64,000 bases of DNA from Proteromonas lacertae (taxonomy: Eukaryota). This document shows, piece by piece, positions 29,201-42,616 of the stretch; positions within the stretch are counted from its first letter, which is position 1; every line of letters begins with the position of its first letter. The notes under the pieces are model-generated. The model made no database searches. It had not been told where the DNA came from and saw only the letters and a program-made list of their open reading frames with translations. The stretch lies in NCBI GenBank assembly GCA_002245135.1, contig NGBS01000608.1, positions 1 through 64,000 on the forward strand. The letters are read 5' to 3'. The position numbers and the translations under genes are program-made.

Positions 29201-32200
29201 ATGAGCGAAGAAAACATCTCAATCGTATGATTATTCGTTTACTTGTAGATTGATTTCTATTTCTATGATCTGCCTGTCAATGGAATGCTATTCAAAGACG
29301 TTTTAGCCAAAGATCAAGACTATTTCAACGACTTACCTCTAGATAAGTTCATTCCAGTATATTTCTCTAATATTATTTTTCCTACAGTGGATTTATCCAA
29401 AAGATGACCAAGATAATCCAAAATTTACTGAAGAAGATGATGCAAGTATTTAATCACTTTATTGATCATTTAGAATTGCATAGATATGCTGGAACAGCCT
29501 CATCAGAAGCAAGGTTATTCTTAAGAAAGTTCCTAGAAAAATATGGAATAATCCTACTCGAAACTAACATAATTAAGATGAAAAATGAGTATAATAACAT
29601 CTATTTAATGCATAGTAACTGGAAATCTAATGTCAATTACATTACAGAAGTCATAAATCGAGCATCTAATTTCATTCACATCCACACTCGTAATAGGTCA
29701 GCTATTCGGTTAATAAACAATTTATTAGTCCAATTACACGAATGCATGCCTGACGTAGCTGTAAGCGATGAAAATAGTGAAAATGAAAAATTCGATGATG
29801 ATGAAGAAAATCCTTTATTAGAACGTTCTATTCGAAAAGCATCTTATTATTTAGGATTAGAAGAGAATGATGAAAAATTAGGCTTTAATAATGATGATAA
29901 TAACAATAACAAAGATAAAATTTCACCAACAAGAGCTTTACAAAAGAGAAATTTAAAGAAGAGTATTAACAAAGCTGATGATGATAAAGTTACAATTGTA
30001 TTTATTTATTATTATTTGTTATTATTATTTAGAGTGATTTTCTAGGTAATTCAAAGAGTGTTAATAATTATATGTTTATTAATATATCAAAAATGGATCA
30101 AGATAAGTTTAATGAATTTCCATTAGATGAATATATGGTTGTATATATATATATTATTATTATTAAAAATATAGTGGTTATATCCTAACGGAACTCAAGA
30201 TAATCCAATGTTGACAGAGAATGATATAAAATGTATAGTTATCTTTATTAATTATAATGTTCGTATAGTTATTCGTTCTAATAAATACACCATCAGTGTA
30301 TTATCAAATAATATCTTTGATTTGATTTTGAACAAATATGATTTGAATTATAATAATAGAAGAAAAGAAGTAACTTCAGAATCAAAGTATTATTTATATA
30401 TATTTATATTTATATATATATAGGAAATGGGAAGATAATAAAGAATACTTAATTGAAACAATCAAAAGAGTTATCAACTTCTATCGAATAATGAATGACA
30501 ATAACAACCTTAAGAAATCAGAAATCGTATTAGATTACGTTGAGAATCATATAAACAATGAAGAAAACCTATTTGATGATGATAATAATGATGTGAATGA
30601 AGTAAATGAAGAAAACTTACCAGATAATGTCATTATAAAGAAAACAGAACAATTAAATGTTGATGAATCAGCTGCACCAACTGAGAATAACAATGAGAAT
30701 GTAGAAACAGCTAAAGAAGAATCTAATAATAATAATAATAGTGAAGAAAACCCAGTAAAAGAAGAAAGTGAAGTTGTTAAAGCTGAAGAAGTACAAAATT
30801 CTGAAGAATTGCCAGAAGAAGAAAGAAATGAAGAAAATAGCACAACAGAAACAGCAGAAGAAGTTAATAACGATAATGAAATAGTAAAAGAAGAAGAAGA
30901 AGAAGAAGAAAGTAATGAATCACCAGCAGTTATACAATCTGAAGATAATAATTATGCTGAAAGTAAACCAAATGAAGTAGTGGAAGAAGGTGATGTAACA
31001 GTAAGTCAATTCCTTGGTAATGAAAAGAGTGTTAATAATAATAAATACAAGGAAATATCAGTAATGGATCAAGATACATTTAATTCATTTCCACTGGAAA
31101 ACTATATAAATGTATATCTATAATCTATTTTTAAAAATATAGTGGTTATATCCAAACGAGAATCAAACTAATCCAACAGTTACTGATGAAGATATTAAAT
31201 GTATAGTTATTTATTTATAATTAATTAATGTGTTTGTATAGTTATTCAACGAGAAAAGACCCAAATTGGTGAAACATCAAGATTAATATTAGATTTAATC
31301 TTAAAGAAGAACGACTTAAAGTATAGTAATAGAAAGAAGGAAGTAACAGAAGATTCACCTAAATGGAGAGACAATAAAGACAATTTAATTGAAATAATGA
31401 AAAGAGTAATCAGTTTCTATGATATGATGGGAGATAAGAATAGAATGAAAGGTGCTGAGATAATATTGAAATATTTACAGAATAATAGCAATAGTAATAA
31501 CATTTCATCACCACCTCCTCCTCCTCCATCCTCATCTAGTGGAAATGATAGTGAATTGGTTAAAGCAGATGAAATGACAAATGCTGAAGAAGTTCCATCA
31601 GCAGAAGAAAAACCAGCAACTAAAGAAGAGAATGAAGTAGTAGAAGCTCAAGAGGTGGTTAATGAAGAAGAAGCTCCAAAGAGAGAAGAAGCAATTCATT
31701 CTGATGAATCTGCTCCAGTTGTAAAAGAAGAAGAAGAAGAATCAGAAACAGTAAAAGAACAAAATCAAGAAACAGTAAATCAAGAAAATCCAAGAAAAGA
31801 TGAAGTTGTGAATGACGACAATAGTGAATCTGTTCCTGTTGAAGAAGCAGAAATAAAGAAAGTAAGCGTAATAACAGAAAATTCGGAATCTACTCCATCA
31901 CCAAACATTTCACCAGCTCAAAAACAAGAAAATTCACCAATTAAAGTTGAAAAAGAAGAATCAATTGTATTATATATTATATATTTTATTCTATTAGACA
32001 AAATTCTTGAGTAATATTACTCCTGTCAATGGAATATTATTTGTAACAATCACCAAAATGAATAATGACAAATTTGAGAATATAAATATTGATGATTTCA
32101 TGAAATGGATTTTCCCATCAAAGAATCAATCAGAACCTGAATTGAAAGATAGTGATATAAAATGTATAGTTATTTAGTTATTTATTGATTATTATAGATA

Positions 32201-34492
32201 TTAAAGATAAGAAGTATGATTTAGGTATTATGACGTTTAATATCTTCAATTTAATCATTGAAAAATATGGTTTGAAATACATCGAAAGAAAAAAAGAAGT
32301 TAAAGAAATCAACAAATCATACAAAGATGAGCCAAATAAAGGTAAAATCTTAGAATTATTAAACCAAATGAAAGAATATTATGAAACAGTAATGGTTGAT
32401 AGAAATCGTAAAACAGCTTGTGAATTAGTCATTGAATATATACAAAAAGGAGGAGGAGGAGATAGTAATACAACAATAGTTTCTTCACCAACTAGAAATT
32501 CAGATTTACCACCAATTAAACCGCCATCTCCATCAAAATCTTCAACAAATAAACAACAACAACAACAACAAAATAATTCAAAAACTCCATCAAGAATAAC
32601 TCATAACAACAATAATAGTAGTGAAAGTGTGAAAGTTGATACTTCTGAAGAAATGTTGACTCCAGCAAAGAACATCACTGAGCGAAGAAAAAAATCTATT
32701 TTTACACCTCCCAAAAAACTTGAAAAACCATTGGATGAAAATTTCCATGAGATTTGTAGATTTTACAGTGGAAATGAAGAATATAATGGATATTTAATTA
32801 ATGATTACTTAGAAATGAATAATTGTAAGTTAATTAGAGAAGTGATGAAGAATTTACACTATTTCTTTCCACTAATTGGAGAAACAATTGAAGGTGTTCA
32901 ATTCAAAGAAAAAGATAAATATATATTCGTTTCAACTTTGGTTATTCGTCAAAATTTCAACCGTTTTATGGATTATATATTAGTTGGATTAGGGATAAGA
33001 GAATTGGAAGAAAATAATTCATTAAAATGGGTTAATAATAGCCAAATCTATCCATCTTATGAATTGAAAAAGATTGTGAAAAGAATGAGAGAATGTTTAT
33101 TACAATTATTTGATAAATGGGTTGTATATATTGAGAATTTAAATACAATAATTAAAGATAATAATATAGAAAAGGAATTAAAAGATGAAAATAATAATAA
33201 TGAAGAAGAAAATGGAGGTCATGATATTCAATTTAATAATGATTTGAACCAAACAATACAAATGAAAAATAGTATTTATTATGATAGATTACATCCAGTA
33301 TATATATTACAATATTTATTATTTATAGATTTTAGCATTTTATTCTGGTTCAATATCTTATGATAAATACATCTTAGATTACTTTAAACTTAAACAAAAT
33401 GTATTAATCGATGAAATTATCAAAGAAAAATCATTCTTTTATCCAACACTAAACAACTGAAGAAATATCTCCAGAATTTGAAGAAAATGAAGTAAATACA
33501 ATGAGAGAAGAATTAATAATTCGTCAACATTACAACGAACTGATTTGACTGCGTATTATGTGGTTTAAAAATAAGAGAAAAAGTGAAAGGATCAAGCCAT
33601 TACATTTGGAATGATTTTGACAAGCTGAGGTTTGATGAAGATGAAAAAGATTTGATAAGACAAATGAAAGAAAGTGTTGAATTGATCTATCCAAAGTGGA
33701 AAATATATATTGAAGCATTGGAGAAGGTTATTGCAAGATTTAATGCTGTTATTGTTAAAGAGAATAGCTAAGAAGATATTTGATAAAGAATATATTCCAC
33801 CTGTTAAACCAACAACAACATCTACTCCAGTTAAACCAAAGAGTGAAGAACAAGAGGAAGTTAAACCAACAAGTGAAATAGAAGAAGTTAAACCTGATAG
33901 TACAGAGAGTAAACCAACAACAACAACAACTGAAGAGGAAGTTAAACCAACTGAATATCCAGTAGTAACTGCCACTTATATAAGTGATGATAAACCAGAC
34001 AATGAAGCTGAATTTAAAAAGATGATTCAACCAGTTCGTAAATCAACAATTCACTATGAAGATAATATTCATCCTACATTAAAGTTCTACAGTTGTAATT
34101 ACAATAGCGATAAAGACGATGAAAATTTGAATATTGAAAAATACTTTGAATTAAGTGGTGATGAATTACTTACAAAAATGATAGGTAAAATTGAAATAAT
34201 CTTCCCATTCGTTAATGAAGGAAATCCAGTGTTTTTAAACAGTGATAAAGAGAAATTGACTGATGATATAATCATGAGACAGAACTACAACAGACTGGTT
34301 GATAATGTGTTAGTAGAAATGGGAATTAGAGGTAAGAGAAAGAGTAGTCAGTTGAAATGGAGTAAGAGTGATTTATCTAATATGAGTGACAAGGTGATCA
34401 CTATTTTGAAGAGAATGAGAAAGAGTATAGAGGATATATTCCCTTCTTGGATAATTTATTTGAATGTGTTGAATAAATTATTGGAAAATTAA
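29201..34492 (+). CDS. Gene F: ~7 tandem OGFr-N-like domains with E/N/P-rich spacers
   Basis: MSEENISI|IDFYFYDLPVNG...; repeats with WIYP, WLYP, WLYP, WIFP, YFFP, FFYP, IIFP cores. Frameshifts in the 6th repeat (~33.45-33.78 kb). Confidence 0.7.
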
Positions 34493-34610
34493 TAGAAATA
34501 TTATATACTATTCATTATATAATGTGTTGTTTGTGAGATTAGCTTATAAAATAAAATAAAACCGTTTCAATAAAATCAAGCCAAGTCGTTTTTTAAAATA
34601 AAAATTTTGA

Positions 34611-35780
34611 ATGGATGACGATGATAACAGAATAATGAGTAGTGCAGATCTTGTATAAATATTATTTTTGTAATAAAATTCAAATAGAAAGTCTCAATAG
34701 ATTTGTCCGATTCGTCAGATTCTGATAGCGACAATGAAGACAATAAATCTTCTTCCTCCAATGATAGTGATGATAGTAGAAAACATAAAAATAGAAAAAA
34801 GAAGAACAAAAGAAAAAAGAAAAAGAAGAAGTATAGTTCCAGTGATGATGATGAAGATGATAGTGATGAAGACAGTGATTATGATAGAAAGAAAAAGAAA
34901 AAGAATAAAAATAAGAGTAAGAAAAAGAAAAATGATACAACAGATAGTAGTGCTTTATTGTTAGATTTAGATCGTTTAATTAAGAAAAGTGTAAGTAAGA
35001 TAGATGTAGTAAAAAGTGATAAGAGGATTGAAACAAAAAGTAAACTGAATGTAATGACAAAAGAAGAAGAAAACAACAACAATGAAGAAGATGAAAATAT
35101 AGAAATAAGAAAAGACTTAGAACCTCCATTAATAGTAAATGTAAAAGATGTACCAAGGAGAAAGAGTGATTTAAGAAAAAAATTATTAAAAAATCAAATG
35201 AAAACAAAAGAAAAAGAAAATCCAATTCAATTTGACGATGATGAAAATGATCCACCTTTATTCTTAAAGTCTCGTTCAAATACAATGGATGGATTATCTG
35301 ATGAAGATGTTGTTGATGAGAATAGAACAAAATCGAATGATTCTATTGGAGAAAAGATAGAAGTAGAAGAAGAACAGAATAATGAAAGTGGAAATGGTAT
35401 TGCAGAGAAAGAAGAAAATGAGAATAATGATGAGAATATAGTAGTTAATAGTGATATTGAAAATGAGAATGAAATGAAATGAAAATGAAAATGTTGAAAA
35501 TGTTAAATTGGATGTTGAAAGTGGAAATATAGATGGAAATAAAGATGATAAAAATGAGTTTAATAACAATGAATTAGATGAAAATAGAAATGAAGATATG
35601 AATAATGATGAAGGAGGTAAAGATAAGGAAGAGGAAATGGAAGACAATTTCAATGAAGAAGTGAAGGAAGAAGAGAATAATGAGATATATAAAGATGAAC
35701 AAGTAAGTAAAAATGATTTTGAGAATGATTTTGAAGAAGAAAGAGAAAATGAAGAAAAAAAGAAGAAAAAGAGAAAAGAA

Positions 35781-35815
<35 letters not shown>

Positions 35816-38262
35816 GAAAGAGAAAGAGAAAGAGAAAGAGAAAGAGAAATCTAAAAAAGAATCACCTCCATATATATCCTCCTCAAGACAAAAACAAGAA
35901 AGGAGTGTAATTGATATATTAAATGATTTAAACCTAAACGATGATAGTGATGATGATGAATATGCAAAACCGAAGAAAACAAAAGAGAAAGAGAAAAAAA
36001 TAGAAAAATCTATATCTAAAGATGAAGTTTTACCATCTCCACCAATAGAATCAGCTCAACAACCAAATCAGATTATAGAGCAACAACCACCTTTGCAATC
36101 ACAACCATTTTATCAACAACCATCTCAGCCAGTACAACCTATACCACCATTATTACAATCATTTCAGTCTTTTCATTCACAAAATTCTCAACAATCATTT
36201 CAACAAATCCAAACGCAACCAATTCAACAACAACAATCCATTCCTCCTCAAACAACTTACCAACAGCAATTACCTTCTAAAGCAATATACCAACAACCAA
36301 TTCCTCAGCAACAGAATCAACATCAACAACAGAATGAACAACAACAGCAACAACTGCCTATTCAACATCACAAAAGCTCAAGAAGAACACTTGGTGATGA
36401 AGGATTTAATAAAAACACAATATTAAAACCAAAAAGAAAATCAGAAGCCAATAAGAATACCAACTGTAAGAAACAATGAAACAGATCTAATTCAACAAGC
36501 CAAGCTTTTTACATTCACAGAAAGTACATCGCAATCAACTTTTAGTGAAGATTTTAGTGAAGCAGATACTAATAATAATAAAGAAATAAGTTCAAAAAGA
36601 AAGTTGTTGAAAAGATTGAAAGAAAAATATCAATTGTGTAATCAAAGAAATGATGTAACTGTTGGTAATATTTTACTAAAATCCATTACTCAATTGGAAG
36701 AAGAAATAAAAGAATTAGAAATGAATAATGAGAATTTATTCTACAGTAACAATATAGAAATATATATTGATAATTTAAAAGAAGAATATGAAAAAATAAA
36801 AGAAGAAATTGAGAATTATTATAAATATGAGAAGATGAGAATAATAGAAGAAGATGAAAAGAGATATTACGATGATTTAGAAAATAAAAATGAATTAGAA
36901 AAGAACAATTTATTGAATAAATTAAAAGATGAAAGTAATGGCAAGAATGTAATAATAAAATGTAACTGTAGAGGTGAACATACTGAGTATTGTAAGATAT
37001 TAAATAGTAGAAATAAAATGAGATATTGTGATAGCTTGAGTCTTCAAACCTTGAAACGAACATATTTTGAAATTAAGAATGGATATAAAAATGAAGGTGA
37101 TATACTGATAAATATAGAGAAAGAAATGAATGAATTGGAAGCAAAAGAAAGAAATGATTATAAGATGAAATTTAATGAAGTAATTATACCAGAAAGATGT
37201 AATTTACTGTTGAATTACCAAAACAAAGAAAAATTGAAATTAAAAATGAAATTTGATAAATTAAAGAATGAAGTATTAAAAGAGAAAGAAAATATATTAA
37301 AAGAGTATAAAAAACAATTTGAAATAATGAAAAATCGAATGAGAAATGAAAAGAATGTAATTTTACATTTACCTCCTTTTAAAGATGGTAAAATCATTAC
37401 AACAATAGATAAAGGAAGTAATAATTACAATTATAATAATTACAATAGTAATAAATTAAATAAAAAGCAAAGAATATCCATTAAATCTACGCAATCCAAT
37501 CAAATTCAAACAGAACCAATTCAAACCAGAATTCAAGCCTCTTATGTTAGACAAATCAATAAGAATGATAATATTAAGAGTAATAAATTAGATGATTATG
37601 AAAAAGATATAGAAAAGAAGAGAAAATTAGATAAATATGAAATAGGATATGAGAAAAGAAGTAATAAAATGAAAGATGAAATATTATCACTATTAAAAAA
37701 ACCACAACCAGTAGAAACAACAGAAAAAACACCAAAAATAAATAATAATCACAATATGTGTTATTATCCTTCACCAATTGTACCAAATAGGAAATTATCA
37801 ATTCAATCAACTACTATTACATTGAAATCACAACCACAACATAATAAACCAAAAGTATATAAACATATTGAGTATAGTAATAATAATGAAGAAAATAATG
37901 ATGAAGAAGAAGTTGAAGTTGATTCAGATGGTTCAATTCATGAAGAAATAGAGACGAAGGTAATAAATAGAAAAGAGATGTTGAGAAGGAAATTCCAATC
38001 TAATAAAAGTAACAATAACAACAGTGGAAATAGATATTCACCAATAACAGTAAGAGAAGAAGAAGAAGAAAAAGAATATGAAGAATATGATAGAAAAGAT
38101 GAAAAAATAGTTAGATATAAACCTACCCCTAAATCTCATAAGAGAAATAAAGTAGATTTCTTATACACAAGTCCATTAATAGAATTATTAGATGATAATA
38201 ATGAAGAGAATTATTCAAATTATAAAAAACCACATCCTCCTTTATCAAATAGAAATAAATAA
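34611..38262 (+). CDS. Large low-complexity (K/E/N/Q-rich) and coiled-coil protein
   Basis: ATG 34611, one intron; ORFs 34703, 35508 and 36604 join via 1-bp shifts near 35480 and 36430. Confidence 0.6.
35796..35849 (+). repeat. (GAGAAA)n coding hexamer repeat (poly-EK)
   Basis: About 9 perfect units. Confidence 0.9.
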
Positions 38263-38367
38263 TTAGATATTATGTGTTTGTTTATTAATTATTTTGTTCT
38301 TTCTAAGATTTAAAAAAGAAATTTTAAAAATAACCACAAAATATTTTAATATATAATAATATAATAT

Positions 38368-40344
38368 TTATATATCTAAATTCTCAATTCCATCAGCCAT
38401 TTCTTCATCATTTCTATCATTATTCTTATAACTTTCACTACTACTTCTTGATATTGAACCACTACTGTTGCTTCTGCTTTGGCTTCTTGATAAACTATTA
38501 TTACTATTGCTTCTGCTTCTTGATACACTGCTACGACTGCTGTTGCTACTACTGTTTCTACGATGATGTTGATTACCAATTTGAATCTCTTCATCAGATG
38601 AATTGTAATTATTCTCATTAACTGGAGGTAAACTCTTTGAACCATAAGCTTCATCTCTCATACGTTGAGATGATTCTAAATCATAATAACCACGATCTGC
38701 TTTAGTCTGAGTAACTAAAATTGTATTAGATTCAGGCGACTTTGTGATAGTTAATGAAGATTTTCTTTGATTCATTATATCATTTGGTTGTACTGTGGAT
38801 GAATACATTGAATTTCTCATTTTGGGGGAAGATTTTGTACTTCCATAACCACTGGATGTTGGAGCATATGATCTTCTTCTATATTTGTTAATTGCTGGAG
38901 TAAAAGTACATTCTTTCATTAAATCATTTTCTACTCTCATTTTGGTGGTTGTATCATATTCATAATGGTATAAACGATCATAGACTTTGTGGTTTTGTAC
39001 TTCAATTTTGACTTTATTGATTCTTGGCTTTCCTGTTACTTCACAGAGTTCATCTTGAGTCTTTTTATCAGCCATCTATGTATATATATAATAAGAGAAA
39101 ATAAAGAAGAAAAAAAAGAATAAATAAATAAATAAATAAATAAATAATAATATATATACATCTCTCAATTTTCTCTGTTTAATAGCCTCAGCTTCTGCTT
39201 GTCTTTCTAAAAACGATTTCTTCTCTTCAGGAGTCATTTTCTTTGCTTTAGGTCCTCTTTCACTTTCTTCTTTCATCTGTTTCAATTGTCTTTCTTTATA
39301 TTTTCTCTTCTCCAAATCTTGCTGAGTTCTGGTTAAGAAATCGTTATATTCAGTCTTTTTATTGGCATAAGTATCATCTTTATTAATTTGAGGTTTTGCA
39401 TTCTTTTTCTTCATTTCTTCTTTCTTAATTTGTTCTTTTTTCTTCTTCTCAGATTCTAAGCCACGTTTGTATAATGATAAAAACACCGATTTCCTATTTT
39501 TCTTTTCTTCTTCATCTTCTTCTTCCTCTTCTCCTTGATTTTCTTCTTCTTCAGCTCTTTTCTGTTGTAGTATTTCTTCACTCTTTGGATTGATCTGTGG
39601 TTTGAAAGTTCCTTCTTTCTGATCAGATGGTTGTAATTGTTTTAATAACTCTTGTCTTTTCTTCTCTTTCTCTTGAGGTGTTGGAATATTTAAGTACCTT
39701 GGTTGTGCATGTGATCCTAATTCAGTAACTTCTGGTTTTGGTTTCATTATTTCTTCTTCTCTTTCTTTCATTTTCTTTTCATGTCTTACTTTTCTCTTTT
39801 TACTTTCTTTATATAATCGTTTGTACACTTTACCGCTGTGTTTTTTCTTTCCACCTTCTAATTCGTTGATATTTGGTTGGAATGTACATTCTTCTTCTAT
39901 AACCTCTTTTCTTCTTAATTCTCTGCTTTCTTCGAATTTCTTTTTTACTTGTTGACGCTTCTCTTCATCTGCTTCAAATTGTTCTTTATATCTTTGCATT
40001 AATGTCTTCTTTCTTTCAAAATTAGATTCATTGATATGTGGAACACCAACATTATCGACATCTGCGTTTTTTACTTCTTCTAGACGTTTTTCTTTTTCTT
40101 TTCTGGCTAAAGCTTCATCATATAGTTGATCAAATCGGCTCTATGTGGTTATAAAAATGATATTTATAATACTTTCCCTTGTGTACGACTGATTCTACGA
40201 CTTTCTTCATTGATTGTGGGTGTAAATGTGCAATTATCGTCCCCACCTTTATTATTACCTTTCTTTGTAGGAGTTTTTGCTGTCTAGTAAATTAATATAA
40301 GACTGCTATATTTATACTTGACTTGTTCTCTTTGGGTAACTCAT
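38368..40344 (-). CDS. Charged protein with repeated CTFxPxIN / VYxRLY motifs (protist cytoskeletal-type repeat)
   Basis: NCTFTPTIN, ECTFQPNIN, GTFKPQIN, ECTFTPAIN; 3 introns join ORFs 39076 and 38368. Confidence 0.75.
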
Positions 40345-40641
40345 TTCAGTAATGTAGTTAGTTCAAAATTAATATTGATAAGATATATGAATGTATGCTA
40401 ATTGTTGATAAATATAAAAACTATGTAATGAATTACGATGAATGAGGGGGGAATAAAACGTTTAAAAAATAATTAAAAGATATCAAACCTTTATTTGAAT
40501 TTCTTTTGAAATAAGCCTCACCAATAAAAATTAAAAAATTCAAACAAATTTCTCTGATAATTTTTTAAATTTTGTTATATCGAACAACAGCCACACATAT
40601 ATGTACAGATTACACATATAATAAAGATAATGTTCATTTAA

Positions 40642-42023
40642 TCACAATCTACTCAAGCATTTCATTCGTTTATTCAAATTATAACACTCTTCTTTCATCT
40701 CATTCAGTATTTCATTCTTCCGCGATGTGTAATAGAATATGCAAAGGAAGAAAACACAAGATACAGTAACAAAAGCACTAACCACGAATGGAACTCTATG
40801 GTGAATAGTATACAATCCACCGAATATAAGTGGACTAATAATTTGACTTAAACATGAAAAGGTATTAATAGTTCCTAGAATTTTACCTTGATTCTTACTA
40901 GAGAAATATGACTAACCAAAACAGAGTAACTTGATACAGTCATACCAAATCCAAGCAAATACACTACACTGCCACTCATTACGATTGAAAATGGTGTTGA
41001 TATAATGAATATCCATCCAATAATTTGAATAATATATCCTATAAACATTGTATGTCCAATATAAACATATTTACATAATAATGGAAAAAGAAATAATTGA
41101 AAAATTGTCATTATACATGAATTAAAAGATGCAATACCTCTATATATAATTAAAAAAGGAATATATATATACGCTAATATTACTTGGTTATTAGTATAAT
41201 CATCTTTTAATCTTTTACCTAAATAAGAAGAATTACACATTAATGCAACATTATCACACAATGATAATATGCAAATAATATACTATAAATAATAACATTA
41301 GAAAATATACAATTGATATGTTGGATAAATCCTGATTTGAAGTATCTTCACTTTTGTTATTATTTTCTTCAATTTCTATTTTTCTCACTGCATCATTACT
41401 TTCGTGAGTCAATAATCTCATACTACTTCCTATATAATAATAGAATAGATTATGCTTTGATTATCAAAGTCAAATTTTGGACTGTCATCTAACAGTATCA
41501 AATCAACTACAAATATTAATGTATAAACTACACCACACATAGAAAATGGAATCCAATTGCCATAGTTATATAAAACACTACTAACAAGTGGACCAATTGA
41601 TAATGAAAGTGTTGAACAACCAATTATTCTACTTAAATATTTTGTTTTTTCTTCTTTCTTTACACAATCTGAAATATAAGCTTGACAAGTACCAAGTGTA
41701 GTTCCAAAAAAGCCAGCGATGAATCGAAACAATATCATGAAATAAATTGAAGGTGAAAACATTTGTAATACTGCGCCTAGCATTGATCCAAATAGTGTAA
41801 TTAAGATCAGTTTCTTACGACCAAATTTGTCACTTAAATAACCTGTTGGAATATAACTAATGAACTGAGCAGCAGGATAGCTTGAAAATAGTAAAGAGTA
41901 CAATAAGTTGCTGTTATTTCCAGCATAAAATGGTAGTAATGGCATTATAAAAGACATGCATGCCATATCTGACACTACAGTTAAGAATATAAGTACCAAA
42001 TTCTTTTTAAACTTGTTGTTCAT
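40642..42023 (-). CDS. MFS transporter (DHA1/TetA-like) copy 1, with a 1-bp frameshift and a GC-AG intron
   Basis: GYLSDKFGRKK motif A. One base is missing near 40903 relative to copy 2. Intron 41430-41455 starts with GC. Confidence 0.85.
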
Positions 42024-42164
42024 TTGTTAGACAAAAAATGTTTTGTATGTCAAGCTTTTCTTCAAATCTTTGTGTTTTATTTTTTAAATATCATTGTATA
42101 GATTCTATATAACATTAAATCACATGTTTTTATTTAATATATGTGTAAAGCTGATTATACAAAT

Positions 42165-42359
42165 AAAGAGTAATACCTTTTGATTTAATACACAAAGAAA
42201 GACTTATAAGTATATATATATCATAAAAATAAGAGAAATATTTACTTCATTTGTTTATTCAGGTTATAACACTCTTCTTTCATCTCATTCAATATCACAT
42301 TCTTCCTCGACGTAAAGTAGAATAATAACAAGAATAAAACACAAGCAACTGAAATAAAA
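42165..42359 (-). pseudogene. 3' remnant of an MFS copy; direct repeat of ~46443-46684
   Basis: 42253-42359 matches 46578-46684 with one mismatch seen. Confidence 0.9.
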
Positions 42360-42616
42360 TTAACTCAGATTAATACATACTTTAAGTTGAGGTTAAAATT
42401 ATGGTTATAGCACTAACAACTATTGAGAGTTATTCTTTAACAAAAAGATAAATAAACATATTTGAATATAGTCAATATAATAATAGATCATTATTGCTGT
42501 ATAGCAAAATCATTAGTTAATAAGGAAATTAATTAGCATATTGAGATAATTCTTCAAATGTAATACACACTGTTCTTGCTTTATCCTTTGCTAGAGCATT
42601 TAAAATAACTTTTTCG

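Noticed and set aside
29020..29253. ORF that might link kinase gene E to gene F
   Set aside because: E has its own TM exon and stop (29018) and F has a good start at 29201. A phase-compatible acceptor at 29041 exists but nothing supports its use.
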